Below are positions 49,136-58,468 of a DNA stretch of 64,000 nucleotides, piece after piece. This stretch comes from Myxococcota bacterium (GTDB taxonomy: Bacteria; Myxococcota_A; Polyangia; Nannocystales; Nannocystaceae). A model generated the notes under the pieces. The model had not been told where the DNA came from, searched no databases, and saw only the letters and a program-made list of their open reading frames with translations. Where the stretch lies: the NCBI GenBank assembly GCA_039028615.1, contig JBCCHT010000023.1:32001-96000 (forward strand), written 5' to 3'. Both the position numbers and the translations under genes were made by a program. Each line of letters opens with the position of its first letter. Position 1 is the stretch's first letter.

Positions 49136-49145
49136 CGTGATCCGG

Positions 49146-49172
49146 TAGTGCCCCGAAGGACGTCGACGATCA
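49146..49172 (-). promoter_or_regulatory. Putative ECF promoter TGATC-N16-GCACTA
   Basis: Third copy of the motif, AT-rich upstream, very short leader. Confidence 0.6.
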
Positions 49173-49332
49173 GGACAATAATCAACAATTTCAGATCGTT
49201 GCAGTCCGCAACACCGCGACGGATCGGGGCATTGCAAAGTGCAACGACGCCGCGTCCGAACGGAACGCACTGGTCCGCCCACGGACGAAATGGCGCCACG
49301 TCGGTGATAGGGTCCGCGCAAGGTACGAAGAC

Positions 49333-50166
49333 ATGCTCTACGCATTGATTGGCGTTCCCGTCGTGGCGGTCTTGGGGCTGTTCGTCTACCTGGGCTGGCG
49401 GATCGACCGACCGCCTTCGGGGACCGCACGGCAGATCCGCGCCTCCGAAGGTCACCCCGTGCTGCTGTGCCTGGGGGACTCGATCACCCACGGCAACCTG
49501 GGGGGAAACTGGGTGGATGGGCTGCGCACTCGCTTCGCGGCCAGCGGAAGACTCGTGGCCAATGCGGGGATCAACGGGCAGCAGGCCTGGAACGTCGCCC
49601 AGCGTCTCGACCGCGAGCTTTCGTGCAAGCCGGATCTGGCGTGCCTGATGATCGGCAGCAACGACGTGATGGCCGCGGATCGGCCCGACCGCGCGGCGGC
49701 CTATGTCAAGCAGAACGAGCTGCCGCGCACGCCCGATCTCGAGTGGTCCCTCGCCGAGCTCGAGGCCCTGGTGCCGCGCATCGTCGCCGCGGTGCCTCGG
49801 GTCGCCCTGTGCACCATCCCGCCGCTCGGCGACGACGACCAGCAACCCATCGCCGCCCTCGTAGCCCGCTACAACGACCGCGTGCGAAGCCTCGCCGAGC
49901 AACACGGCTGCGTCCTGCTCGACGTGCACGAGGCCATCGTGCCGCTGCTCTCGGACGCCAAGACGGCCTACCAGGGCGCGCAGAAGACGGTGATCCGCCT
50001 GGTGGGCAAGGTGGCCGCTCATCACTATCTGATGAACAAGAGCTGGGACGACATCGCCCGGTCGCTGGGCTACGGGGCCACGGCCGAGGGCATCCACCTG
50101 TCCGACACGGCCGCCGCCCGGGTCGAAGAGCTGGTCGCGGGATTCGTTCGCGACGCCGAGGCTTGA
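49333..50166 (+). CDS. SGNH/GDSL hydrolase with N-terminal membrane anchor
   Basis: LGDSIT, NAGING, IGSND, EGIH. Confidence 0.9.
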   Translation: MLYALIGVPVVAVLGLFVYLGWRIDRPPSGTARQIRASEGHPVLLCLGDSITHGNLGGNWVDGLRTRFAASGRLVANAGINGQQAWNVAQRLDRELSCKPDLACLMIGSNDVMAADRPDRAAAYVKQNELPRTPDLEWSLAELEALVPRIVAAVPRVALCTIPPLGDDDQQPIAALVARYNDRVRSLAEQHGCVLLDVHEAIVPLLSDAKTAYQGAQKTVIRLVGKVAAHHYLMNKSWDDIARSLGYGATAEGIHLSDTAAARVEELVAGFVRDAEA

Positions 50167-50206
50167 CATCCCAGAACCATGGTTTAATAGTTATATAGTA
50201 AACTAT
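50163..50206 (+). promoter_or_regulatory. Sigma70-like promoter and palindromic operator of GntR gene
   Basis: TTGACA at 50163; inverted repeat ATAGTT-N8-AACTAT (50187-50206); AACCATGGTT palindrome. Confidence 0.6.
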
Positions 50207-50591
50207 GCCGCTCGACATCGAGCTCGACTACGATCGGGGCGTCCCGGTCTACCGCCAGATCTACGAGGCGGTCACGCGTGCGCTCGCCAATGGGCGCCTC
50301 GCCCAGGCGGAGAAGCTGCCCACCATCCATGGGCTGGCGGCTGCTCTGCAGATCAACCCCAACACCGTCGTGCGGGCCTATAAAGATCTCGAAAAGGACG
50401 GCTACATCGTCTCGCGGCGCGGCCGAGGCACCTTTGCTTCGGAGACGCCCAGCGGCGGCAAGGTCTCCAAGCGCGCCAAGGAAAAGGCCCTGCGCAGCAT
50501 CTACGACCGCGCCATGGTCGAGGCGGCACGTCACCAGATCGGACCCTCGCAGGTCGTTCGCTACTTCCAAAAGGCGCTCAACGATGAGTGA
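50205..50591 (+). CDS. GntR family regulator, YtrA subfamily
   Basis: PVYRQI, KLPT..LA..LQINPNTVVRAYKDLE..G....RGRGTF; 128 aa. Confidence 0.9.
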   Translation: MPLDIELDYDRGVPVYRQIYEAVTRALANGRLAQAEKLPTIHGLAAALQINPNTVVRAYKDLEKDGYIVSRRGRGTFASETPSGGKVSKRAKEKALRSIYDRAMVEAARHQIGPSQVVRYFQKALNDE

Positions 50592-51549
50592 ACCGAGCAA
50601 GGGCGGCAGCATTCGGCGTAGCCGCGCCATTTTGCGGGCCGCGTTCCAGACCCTGCGTCGAAATCCCCGACTGGCGTGGTTCCCCATCCTCAGCGGCCTC
50701 GGCATGGTCGCGCTGATGCTCGCGGGTGGGGCCATCGTGGGGCTCGGCACTGCGGTCTCCGAGCACTCCATCAGCGGCGTCGAGTCGGTGGTCGGCGCGG
50801 TGAGCTTCGGCGATCACGGCGACCCCGCGATCACCCGCGCCGCATCCATCGGCGGCATCTTGCTGTTCGTGGGCGGCCACCTGCTCATGGTCGGCATCGG
50901 CGTGGCCATGACCCACGCCGCGCTCGAGGCCCTGGCCGGCCGCCCCTGGTCGGTCCGTGGCTCCCTGCGGGTCGCGAGCCAGCGCCGTCGGGCCGTGGCG
51001 ACCTTTGCGTTGATCCAAGCGGTGGTCAGCCACGTGCTCCGCGGCGGTGGGTCCCGCAAGGGCAAGCGTGGGCGTCGGCGCAGGCCGGGGCTATTTCGCC
51101 GGCTGGCCCAGTTCGCCTGGTGGGCCCTCACTTACCTCGCCTTGCCGGTCATCGCCCGCGAGGGTCGGGGCGGCATCGCGGCCATCGAGCGCTCGGCCTC
51201 GCTGCTGCGCGAGACCTGGAAGGAAACCGTCGTCGCCCGGCTCACCCTGCGATGGCTGTGGGTGCCCGCCATCCTCCTGTCCGTCGTGCCCGTGGTGCTC
51301 TGCGCCGCCCTCGGCCTGCGCGACCCGGTGCTGCTCACCGTCACCGTCGCCATTCCCCTGTTCGGCCTGGGTGTGCTCGGTCTCGTGATCCACACCCTCG
51401 ACGGCATCTACCGCGCCGCGCTGTACACCTATGCCACCGAAGGCGTCGTCCCCGAGGCGTTCGTCCACGACGACCTCGACGAGATCTGGGAAACCCGGGT
51501 CGCCACCGGGGAGGTCATCGACGCCGAAGAAGTCGATCGCGAAGACTGA
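50584..51549 (+). CDS. Multi-pass membrane protein (DUF6159-like)
   Basis: L.WFPILS; LPVIAREG....AIERS..LLRETW.E; IYRAALY.YA. Confidence 0.65.
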   Translation: MSEPSKGGSIRRSRAILRAAFQTLRRNPRLAWFPILSGLGMVALMLAGGAIVGLGTAVSEHSISGVESVVGAVSFGDHGDPAITRAASIGGILLFVGGHLLMVGIGVAMTHAALEALAGRPWSVRGSLRVASQRRRAVATFALIQAVVSHVLRGGGSRKGKRGRRRRPGLFRRLAQFAWWALTYLALPVIAREGRGGIAAIERSASLLRETWKETVVARLTLRWLWVPAILLSVVPVVLCAALGLRDPVLLTVTVAIPLFGLGVLGLVIHTLDGIYRAALYTYATEGVVPEAFVHDDLDEIWETRVATGEVIDAEEVDRED

Positions 51550-51741
51550 TCGACACACCAGTTCCGTCCGCTCGCATCACCGTCACATCGTGCCCTCCCG
51601 CTGCGGGTCGACGACCGGCAGCGACGGCCGGGCGCCCACATGCCCTCCAAACCGGGGCGTCCGTCCTCGATGTGGCGTGATGCGAGCCCCCTTTCGAGGT
51701 CGTAGCCGCGGGCCGGAGCTGGTACGCTCGTAGGCGAATCG

Positions 51742-52287
51742 GTGGCTTGGATACGAACACGCAGCGCATCTGCGGCCCTGCTGGCCGTAGTCGTGACATC
51801 ACTCGGGGCATGTGGACCCCGCGCGGCCGAAGAGTGGATGTTCGGCGTGTTCTCGCAGGTCGAAACCGAGTCCGGGCCCAGCCGCTACAACACCGCGATC
51901 TGGACCATCGTGATCCTCGACGACGGCACGGGCTACCAAGAGAAGTACGCAGGGACATGTGAGCCGGCCGACACCCCGAGCTTCACGTGGGAGCGAGAAG
52001 GCGAGGACTCCATCCGGCTTTCGCCCATGCCCGGCGCGGTGGTGGGTCGGAGGATCGAGGGTCGACTCGCCCGAACCGGGCGGTGCTCCGAGTCGGGGCT
52101 CCGAGAGTTCGACTACGTCGCGCTGGCCAATGGCAGCGAGACAGAGGGCTCATCACACGTGTTCTACGAGAGCAACCCGTGCCCCTACTTCGCACCAGTG
52201 CCGGAGTGCGAGCCCAATACCGAGTGCGACGACGTGCTGTGCGGGATCGAGTGGTGTGATGCGCCACCCGAGCCCTGCGTACGATAG
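51742..52287 (+). CDS. Cys-rich hypothetical lipoprotein
   Basis: Lipobox LGAC; C-terminal Cys cluster. Confidence 0.65.
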   Translation: MAWIRTRSASAALLAVVVTSLGACGPRAAEEWMFGVFSQVETESGPSRYNTAIWTIVILDDGTGYQEKYAGTCEPADTPSFTWEREGEDSIRLSPMPGAVVGRRIEGRLARTGRCSESGLREFDYVALANGSETEGSSHVFYESNPCPYFAPVPECEPNTECDDVLCGIEWCDAPPEPCVR

Positions 52288-52406
52288 ACCACGTTCAGCG
52301 CATCTCCGCTGGCGGCCAAGGCGAACAAAACGTGCCGGCCGACGGCCTTGGGCGTGCCCGGGGGCGCTTCTCGATTGCGGCCGGGGTTGCTAGGTTTCGC
52401 CGACCG

Positions 52407-54140
52407 TTGTCCTCTCGACACCCAGAGGCGGGGCCGCAACGCCACGAGCTCGAGCTCAACCGAGTCCCCATCGTCTTCGACATGGAGCGCGGCTCGCTGA
52501 GCTTCTTCGGGCTGTCGTCGGCGCTGTTCTGGACGGACCCCTCGCTGCTCAAGCTGCTGCAGCCGCTGGTCGAGGAGATCGGCCGCGATCTGTTTCGGAT
52601 CTTGGTGGCGCACTCCTCGAGCCACGGCACCGACGAGGACTATCACCAGATGGTGACCTCGCTGGGCGAGAACTTCGAGGAGGGCTTTTTGGCCTGGGGC
52701 TCGGCGGTCTCGGTCGCGGGCTGGGGCCGCTTCGAGCTGCCGGTCTTCGACGCGGAGAACAAGAAGGCCACGGTGGTCATCCACAACCCGTGGGAGCTCG
52801 AGATGCAGCGCAACCTCGAGCCCTCGCAGCAGTGGGGCTGCCCCTTCGCCATGGGCAAGATCATCGGCATCTTCACCCATGCGCTCGGGACCACGTGCTG
52901 GGCCAACGAGGAGCTGCACTTCGACGCCGAGAGCAACCGGGTGAGCTTCTCGGTGTACCCCTCCGACCGAACCATCGCGCAGGAGCTCGCCAAGCTGCGT
53001 CGCATGCGAATGCAGGAGCGGGAGCGGGTCCTCACCGAGCAGGTCGACGGCAAGACGACGGAGCTGCGCGCCGCCCAGCACCGCCTCGAGCGTTACTCCG
53101 AAGAGCTCGAGCAGCGGGTCGACGAGCGCACCCACGAGCTGCGCCAGGCCCAGAGCCGGCTCGTGCAGTCGGAGCGAATCGCGGTGCTCGGCCAGCTCGT
53201 GGCCGGCGTCGCCCACGAGATCAACAACCCGCTGGGGGCGATCAAGGCCTCGGCCGCCAGCGTGCAAGAGGTGCTCGAAGAGTTCCCGCGCGACTGGGTC
53301 CGACTGCAGCAGTGGTGCCGGGCCCCGCAGGAATACGAGCTCGCCACCGCCCTGATGATGGAGGTCAACCGCCCGCGCGAGTTCCTCGACTTTCGCGAGC
53401 GTCGCAAGCTCAAGGCGAAACATCGCTGCACCCTCGAGACGCACGGGGTCGAAGATGCGGCGGCCTTCGCCGACGAGCTGGTGCACCTGGGCATCCACGA
53501 CGACGCCAGCCGCTGGGTGCCCTTGCTGCTGCACCCCCGCTGTGAGGACATCATGGGGGTGATCGGGCGCTACTCCACCATGAGCGCGGGCGTCAGCGAC
53601 ATCTCGGGGGCGGTGCTCCGCGCCTCGAAGATCGTGTTCTCGCTCAGCCGCTACGCCCACCAGGACGCGATGGGCAAGCCCACCCGCGATCGCATCCAGG
53701 ACGGCCTGGAGACGGTCCTCACCCTCTATCACCACCTGCTCAAGCGCGGGATCGAGGTCGAGTGCGACTTCGAGGACCTGCCGCCGTTGCTCGGCTACCA
53801 CGACGAGCTCAACCAGGTCTGGACGAACCTCATCCAGAATGCGGTGCACGCCATGGACGGCGAGGGGCGCCTGCGCCTGGTGCTGCGCGGGACCGAGGAA
53901 CACCAGATCTTCGAGATCCACGACACCGGCTGCGGCCTCACGGACGACGTCCGAGACCGGATCTGCGAGCCCTTCTTCACCACCAAGCCCGCGGGTGAAG
54001 GCACCGGCCTGGGCCTGTCGATCTCCAGCGAGATCGTCTCCCGCCACGGGGGCACCCTGGACGTGAAGAGCACGAAGGGCGAGGGCACCGCCTTCATCAT
54101 CCGCCTGCCCATGGCCTTCCTCGAGGAGAGCGCATCGTGA
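52407..54140 (+). CDS. Soluble sensor histidine kinase with N-terminal V4R-like domain
   Basis: AGWGRFE..NPWE...C V4R-like; H box HEINNPL; NLIQNA, DTGCG, PFFTTK, GTGLGL; start uncertain. Confidence 0.88.
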   Translation: MSSRHPEAGPQRHELELNRVPIVFDMERGSLSFFGLSSALFWTDPSLLKLLQPLVEEIGRDLFRILVAHSSSHGTDEDYHQMVTSLGENFEEGFLAWGSAVSVAGWGRFELPVFDAENKKATVVIHNPWELEMQRNLEPSQQWGCPFAMGKIIGIFTHALGTTCWANEELHFDAESNRVSFSVYPSDRTIAQELAKLRRMRMQERERVLTEQVDGKTTELRAAQHRLERYSEELEQRVDERTHELRQAQSRLVQSERIAVLGQLVAGVAHEINNPLGAIKASAASVQEVLEEFPRDWVRLQQWCRAPQEYELATALMMEVNRPREFLDFRERRKLKAKHRCTLETHGVEDAAAFADELVHLGIHDDASRWVPLLLHPRCEDIMGVIGRYSTMSAGVSDISGAVLRASKIVFSLSRYAHQDAMGKPTRDRIQDGLETVLTLYHHLLKRGIEVECDFEDLPPLLGYHDELNQVWTNLIQNAVHAMDGEGRLRLVLRGTEEHQIFEIHDTGCGLTDDVRDRICEPFFTTKPAGEGTGLGLSISSEIVSRHGGTLDVKSTKGEGTAFIIRLPMAFLEESAS

Positions 54141-54559
54141 GCAAGGAAGCAATCGTGTGCGTGGACGACGAGCCGCTCGTGCTGCGAGCGATGTCTCGGA
54201 TCCTCAGTCGCAAGCTCGGTGAGCGGTACGAGATCGAGATGGCGACCAACGGGGCCGAAGCCCTCGAGCTCATCGAGGAGCTCGACAACGAGCAGACCTC
54301 GCTGCGCATGGTCGTCTCCGACGCGATGATGCCGGTCATGGATGGCTACGAGCTCATCCGGTGGCTGCACGAGAACCGACCTCGGGTGCCGAAGATCATC
54401 GTCACCGGGTATGGGCAGCAGGCCAAGCTCGATCAGCTCCGCGAGGAAGCCGGGCTGCTCGCGAGCTTCGACAAGCCCTGGGAGCCCGACGAGCTCGTCG
54501 CCTTCATCCGGCAGACGCTCGAGGGGCCCGACCCCGACTCGAATACGCCGGCCGACTAG
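54137..54559 (+). CDS. Single-domain response regulator
   Basis: VDDE, SDAMMP.MDG, TG, KP; GTGA overlap. Confidence 0.92.
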   Translation: MSKEAIVCVDDEPLVLRAMSRILSRKLGERYEIEMATNGAEALELIEELDNEQTSLRMVVSDAMMPVMDGYELIRWLHENRPRVPKIIVTGYGQQAKLDQLREEAGLLASFDKPWEPDELVAFIRQTLEGPDPDSNTPAD

Positions 54560-55271
54560 CGCGCGGGCGACCGCGGGCGAGCACCCACTCGCCGACCGCC
54601 ACGTTGATGATCCAGCCCGCGCACATGCCGATGCCGATCACGAGATCGTCGACCTCGCCGAGCGCGACGAACACGGGGATGAGCAGCCAGCGCTGCGTGG
54701 CGGGAGCGAGCCCGATGGCGAAGGCCCGTACCATCCACATGCGGTGACGGGCGACGTCGCCACGCCGAATGGCCAGCACCGCGAGCACGAGCGAGAGCAC
54801 CATGGCCACGCCGAAGACGTGGGTCGACACGTACTTGAGCATGCCGCCCACGTTGGGGAGCACCGCGTTCATCCACACTCCGCCCAGGCCCATCACGAGG
54901 CCGGCCGCGACGAAGACTCGCCCCGCGACGCGGTGCCAGGCGGGAAAACGACGGCGAAAAGACGCGCTGAACTGCAGCGGTCCCAGAGCGACGAACACGA
55001 TGCCGAGCACCATGTGCGACCCGGCCACGAGCGCGTGATCGAGATAGTGCGCGCCGTCGTAGTCGTCGGGCACGGGCTGCCCTGCGAGACCCTGCCCGAT
55101 GAACACCAGGCGCGCGATGGCGGTGAGCACCGCGATGCTGCCCACCGCCCACAGCGTCGCGGGAGCCCGCCACGCTCGAGGTGGAGGGGGAGCGGAGGCC
55201 GGGTCGAGCAGAGGCATGGCCGACGAGGTGGCAGACGGAGGCGGAACGACGGGGGTGGGACGTGAGCTCAT
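54504..55271 (-). CDS. DUF2306-like membrane protein
   Basis: H...G...LGPLQF....R......HRVAGRVF; HRMWMVRAF. Confidence 0.75.
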   Translation of the reverse strand: MSSRPTPVVPPPSATSSAMPLLDPASAPPPPRAWRAPATLWAVGSIAVLTAIARLVFIGQGLAGQPVPDDYDGAHYLDHALVAGSHMVLGIVFVALGPLQFSASFRRRFPAWHRVAGRVFVAAGLVMGLGGVWMNAVLPNVGGMLKYVSTHVFGVAMVLSLVLAVLAIRRGDVARHRMWMVRAFAIGLAPATQRWLLIPVFVALGEVDDLVIGIGMCAGWIINVAVGEWVLARGRPRASRPAYSSRGRAPRASAG

Positions 55272-55371
55272 GGCGATGACTCCAACGCGCACGGGCGCGC
55301 GCATGCATGGCGCCGACGCGGATGCGCCGACGAACGAAGAACCGAAGAGCGAGCGAGCCGAGGCCGCGGGC

Positions 55372-55593
55372 TCACTCGTCGTGCGGATACCGGAAGACGT
55401 CGTCGAGCGTCACGCCGAAGACACGCGCGATCCGAAAGGCCATCTCCAGCGAGGGCGAGTAGCGACCCCGTTCGATGGCGATGATCGTCTGCCGGGTGAC
55501 ACCGAGCCGATCGGCGAGTTGAGCCTGGGTCATTTCACCGTGGGCAAAGCGCAACGCCCGAATCTGGTTTTCGACCTTGGTCGGCTTCACCAC
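55372..55593 (-). CDS. XRE family HTH transcriptional regulator
   Basis: MTQAQLADRLGVTRQTIIAIERGRYSPSLEMAFRIA. Confidence 0.93.
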   Translation of the reverse strand: MVKPTKVENQIRALRFAHGEMTQAQLADRLGVTRQTIIAIERGRYSPSLEMAFRIARVFGVTLDDVFRYPHDE

Positions 55594-56015
55594 GGCGCCA
55601 CCCCCCGGCGATAGGCAACGAGTTTAGCCACCGTGCCGACAACAGAAGCCACCACCAAGTTCAGGTACAGCGCATTGGCGATCCAGAAGTGAGCCACCTC
55701 GATCATCGCCAACACCAATGGCCCGAGCACGCCGAGCGACAGCACCCATAAGGCGATCGCATCGCCGTGACGACTGATGACCTCGTCGCGCTCATCGGTC
55801 CGATCGGCCTCGCGGGGGTTGGCCATCGACGCGATCACCGCCCCTACCACCGTGAGCACCACCGACGCCACGAAGCTGGTGACGAGGGGGCCGACATACG
55901 CCGTCTCGGCCAGCGGAGCGTCGCCCGCACGCACGAAAACCACAATGATGTAGGTCAAGTAGCTGATCGTCAGACAGGCGCTGAAGATCCAGGCGGTCTT
56001 CTCGAGGACGGACAT
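55587..56015 (-). CDS. Four-TM membrane protein with DERD motif, co-transcribed with XRE gene
   Basis: TM-TM-DERD-TM-TM; overlaps XRE start. Confidence 0.75.
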   Translation of the reverse strand: MSVLEKTAWIFSACLTISYLTYIIVVFVRAGDAPLAETAYVGPLVTSFVASVVLTVVGAVIASMANPREADRTDERDEVISRHGDAIALWVLSLGVLGPLVLAMIEVAHFWIANALYLNLVVASVVGTVAKLVAYRRGVAPW

Positions 56016-56024
56016 GAGGCTCCG

Positions 56025-56091
56025 ATGTCAATGATGTTTGACATGAGTCGATGTAAAGCACAAGCGACTTCATGTCAAAGATATTAAACAT
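56025..56091. promoter_or_regulatory. Tandem palindromic operators and -35 of XRE operon
   Basis: Perfect ATGTCAA-N6-TTGACAT (56025-56044); imperfect ATGTCAA-N6-TAAACAT (56072-56091); minus-strand TTGACA. Confidence 0.7.
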
Positions 56092-56394
56092 CTACGCGTC
56101 AATCACGCAGTCCCGCACACCCAACACCGGGTCGTGGTGTCGCACAGTTCGGCACCTGCGCGGGGCGGTGGCGGACGTCGAACCGCGGCGAAAAAGCATT
56201 GGTGCACCTCCTGCTCGTGTGACCAAAGCCGTGCCCAAACTGCACTGATCCGTTCGTCCATCGTGCGGACCTGGAACAGCGATGAAGCACGTCGTTCGAC
56301 TCTCGCCACAATTGGTCGAAACCGAACCTCTTCGATCGCTTCGACGCACGACACGAGCTGACCCAACGTCATTGCGACGACCACTCGGGCCTGC

Positions 56395-56409
56395 TGGCGA
56401 ACGCTTTGC
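56395..56409 (+). promoter_or_regulatory. Possible sigma54 promoter
   Basis: TGGC-N7-TTGC (GG-N10-GC) about 30 nt upstream of DUF2169 ATG. Confidence 0.4.
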
Positions 56410-56438
56410 GCCGTGGTAGCGTTTTGCACCGAACTTCG

Positions 56439-57434
56439 ATGTGGAGCCTCGCCAATCGGACCCCACTTGCGGTCGAACGCAATTGGATTCGCGACAAAGA
56501 CGGTGTGCACTGGTGGGTCGTGGCGATCCGAGCGACCTACGACGTGGACGCCCAGGGCAAGCTCGAGCTCGCCGAGGAGCAGCTCCCGCCGCTGCTGGCT
56601 CCCGAGTACTTCGGTGACGCCGGACAATCCAGCCTACGGCAAGACTCCGATCTCCTCGAGGCGAAGCCGGGCACCGACGTGCTCGTGCACGGCAGCGCGA
56701 TCGCTCCCCGTGGTCGTCCGGCGGAGAGCGTGCTCGTCAACCTCCGGCTCGGGCCGATCGACAAGCGCATCGTCGTCTTCGGCGACCGCGTCTACTACGA
56801 AGGCGCGCTGGGACAGAGCACCACGTCTCCCAAGCCCTTCGTCGACAAGGCCATCCGCTACGAGTCCGCGTTTGGCGGCGGCGACGTCAGCGATCCCGAC
56901 CCGGCGAAGTGGACGCTCGACGAGCGCAACCCGGTGGGGCTCGGGTTCGGGACCACCCAGGCCAACACCCCGGCGCACTCCATCGAGTACGCCTCGGGGC
57001 GCCCGAACGCCGCGGGCCCGGCCGGCTTCGGCCCCATCGATCGCGGGTGGCTCCCGCGGCGCACGTTGGCCGGCACCTACGACGCCGCGTGGGTCGAAGG
57101 CCGCAAGCCTCTGCTCCCCGCCGACTACGACCCGGCCTTCGCCCTGTCGGCGCCCGCCGATCAGCGCACGCCCGTGCCGCTGCAGGGTGGCGAGCGCATG
57201 GCGGTGTCGAACATGACGCCCGAGAGCATGCTGGTAGTGGAGCTGCCCCGAAAGCAGTTCGCCCTGAGCACTCGCTTCGGAGCCAAGGAGCAGCCGCACG
57301 CCGCCAAGATGACCACCGTGCTGCTCGAGACCGACGAGCGGCGGCTGTCGCTGGTGTGGCAGAGCTCGCTGAGAGTCCGAGCCCCCGAGGTCGACCATCT
57401 CGACGAGACCACCATCGAGGAGCTGCCCGCATGA
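56439..57434 (+). CDS. DUF2169 T6SS adaptor/chaperone
   Basis: SDL...KPGTDVLVHG.A, YESAFGG, NPVGLG, PAGFGPI...W.PR...AGTYD. Confidence 0.9.
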   Translation: MWSLANRTPLAVERNWIRDKDGVHWWVVAIRATYDVDAQGKLELAEEQLPPLLAPEYFGDAGQSSLRQDSDLLEAKPGTDVLVHGSAIAPRGRPAESVLVNLRLGPIDKRIVVFGDRVYYEGALGQSTTSPKPFVDKAIRYESAFGGGDVSDPDPAKWTLDERNPVGLGFGTTQANTPAHSIEYASGRPNAAGPAGFGPIDRGWLPRRTLAGTYDAAWVEGRKPLLPADYDPAFALSAPADQRTPVPLQGGERMAVSNMTPESMLVVELPRKQFALSTRFGAKEQPHAAKMTTVLLETDERRLSLVWQSSLRVRAPEVDHLDETTIEELPA

Positions 57435-58468
57435 TCGAAGTGGTCGGTATCGGAGCCCGCACCCCGGTTGGACTGACGGCGGCCACCAGCGCGGCCGCGA
57501 TCCGAGCCGGTGTGGCTCGTCTGCGCGAGTTCTCGTTCGTCTCCCTCGAGGGCCAGCCGATCGTGGTCGGAGCCGATGCGCTGCTGCCGGACTCGCTGCA
57601 GGGCGCAGAGCGCATGCTCGCCCTGGTCGAGGCGCCGCTGCAGGACGCGCTCGACGGCGTGAACCCCAAGGCCGTGCCCGCATGCAAGGTGTGGCTGTCC
57701 CTGCCCGAGGCTCGCCCCGGTTTCTCGGACGAAGACGCGACGAGGCTGGGCCAACACATCGTGCTTCGCATCCAGAAGCTCGGCTTTCGCTGCGATGCCG
57801 CCATCGGCGGTCGCGGTCACGCCGGGGTGATGGGCTGCGTACGCTCGGCGATCGCCACTCCGAACGACGAGGTCCTGCACATCGTGGTCGGCGTGGACAG
57901 CCACTGCGACGACGAGTGCCTGGTGTGGCTCGAGCGCGAGCGCTTGCTGGCCCAAGAAGGCACGCGCGGCGGCTTCACGCCGGGCGAGGCGGCGGGCGTC
58001 ATCGTGCTCGCCCATCGGCGGCTCGGAGAACGACTCGGACGCAAGAGCCTGGCCACGATCTCCGGCGCGGGCCTGCAGGTCGAGACCCGCCTTCGCGACT
58101 CGGACGCTGGCTCCTTCGGAGAAGCGATGAGCCGCGCGGTGCAAGAGGCGGGGCGCAAGCTCAGCCTCCCCGCCCAGGCGGCCGACGACGTCTACTGCGA
58201 CATCAACGGTGATCGGTACCGCAGCGAAGAATGGGGATTCTTCGCGATGCGCTCGTACTCGGCCGTGGCCTCCTTGGGCTACGAAACGCCGTGCCCGAGC
58301 GTCGGTGACATCGGGGCATCGTTCGGCGCCGTCGCGGCGGCGATGGCCACGAACGCGTTCGAGCGGGGCTACGCCCGGGGCCCCCGCGCCCTGGTGATGG
58401 CCGGATCCAACGCGGGCCATCGCGGCGCGATGTTCCTGCACGAACCACAGAGCAAGGCGAGAGCATGA
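57431..58468 (+). CDS. Thiolase/ketoacyl-synthase-like T6SS accessory protein (PRK06147-like)
   Basis: TPVGL.A..SAAAIRAG, GFTPGEAAG, DINGDRYRSEEW, GDIGA; between DUF2169 and DUF4150. Confidence 0.85.
   Translation: MIEVVGIGARTPVGLTAATSAAAIRAGVARLREFSFVSLEGQPIVVGADALLPDSLQGAERMLALVEAPLQDALDGVNPKAVPACKVWLSLPEARPGFSDEDATRLGQHIVLRIQKLGFRCDAAIGGRGHAGVMGCVRSAIATPNDEVLHIVVGVDSHCDDECLVWLERERLLAQEGTRGGFTPGEAAGVIVLAHRRLGERLGRKSLATISGAGLQVETRLRDSDAGSFGEAMSRAVQEAGRKLSLPAQAADDVYCDINGDRYRSEEWGFFAMRSYSAVASLGYETPCPSVGDIGASFGAVAAAMATNAFERGYARGPRALVMAGSNAGHRGAMFLHEPQSKARA

Noticed and set aside
57431..58468. Fatty acid or polyketide synthase gene
   Set aside because: No catalytic Cys motif seen (RGHAG at the expected place); context is the DUF2169-DUF4150 cassette
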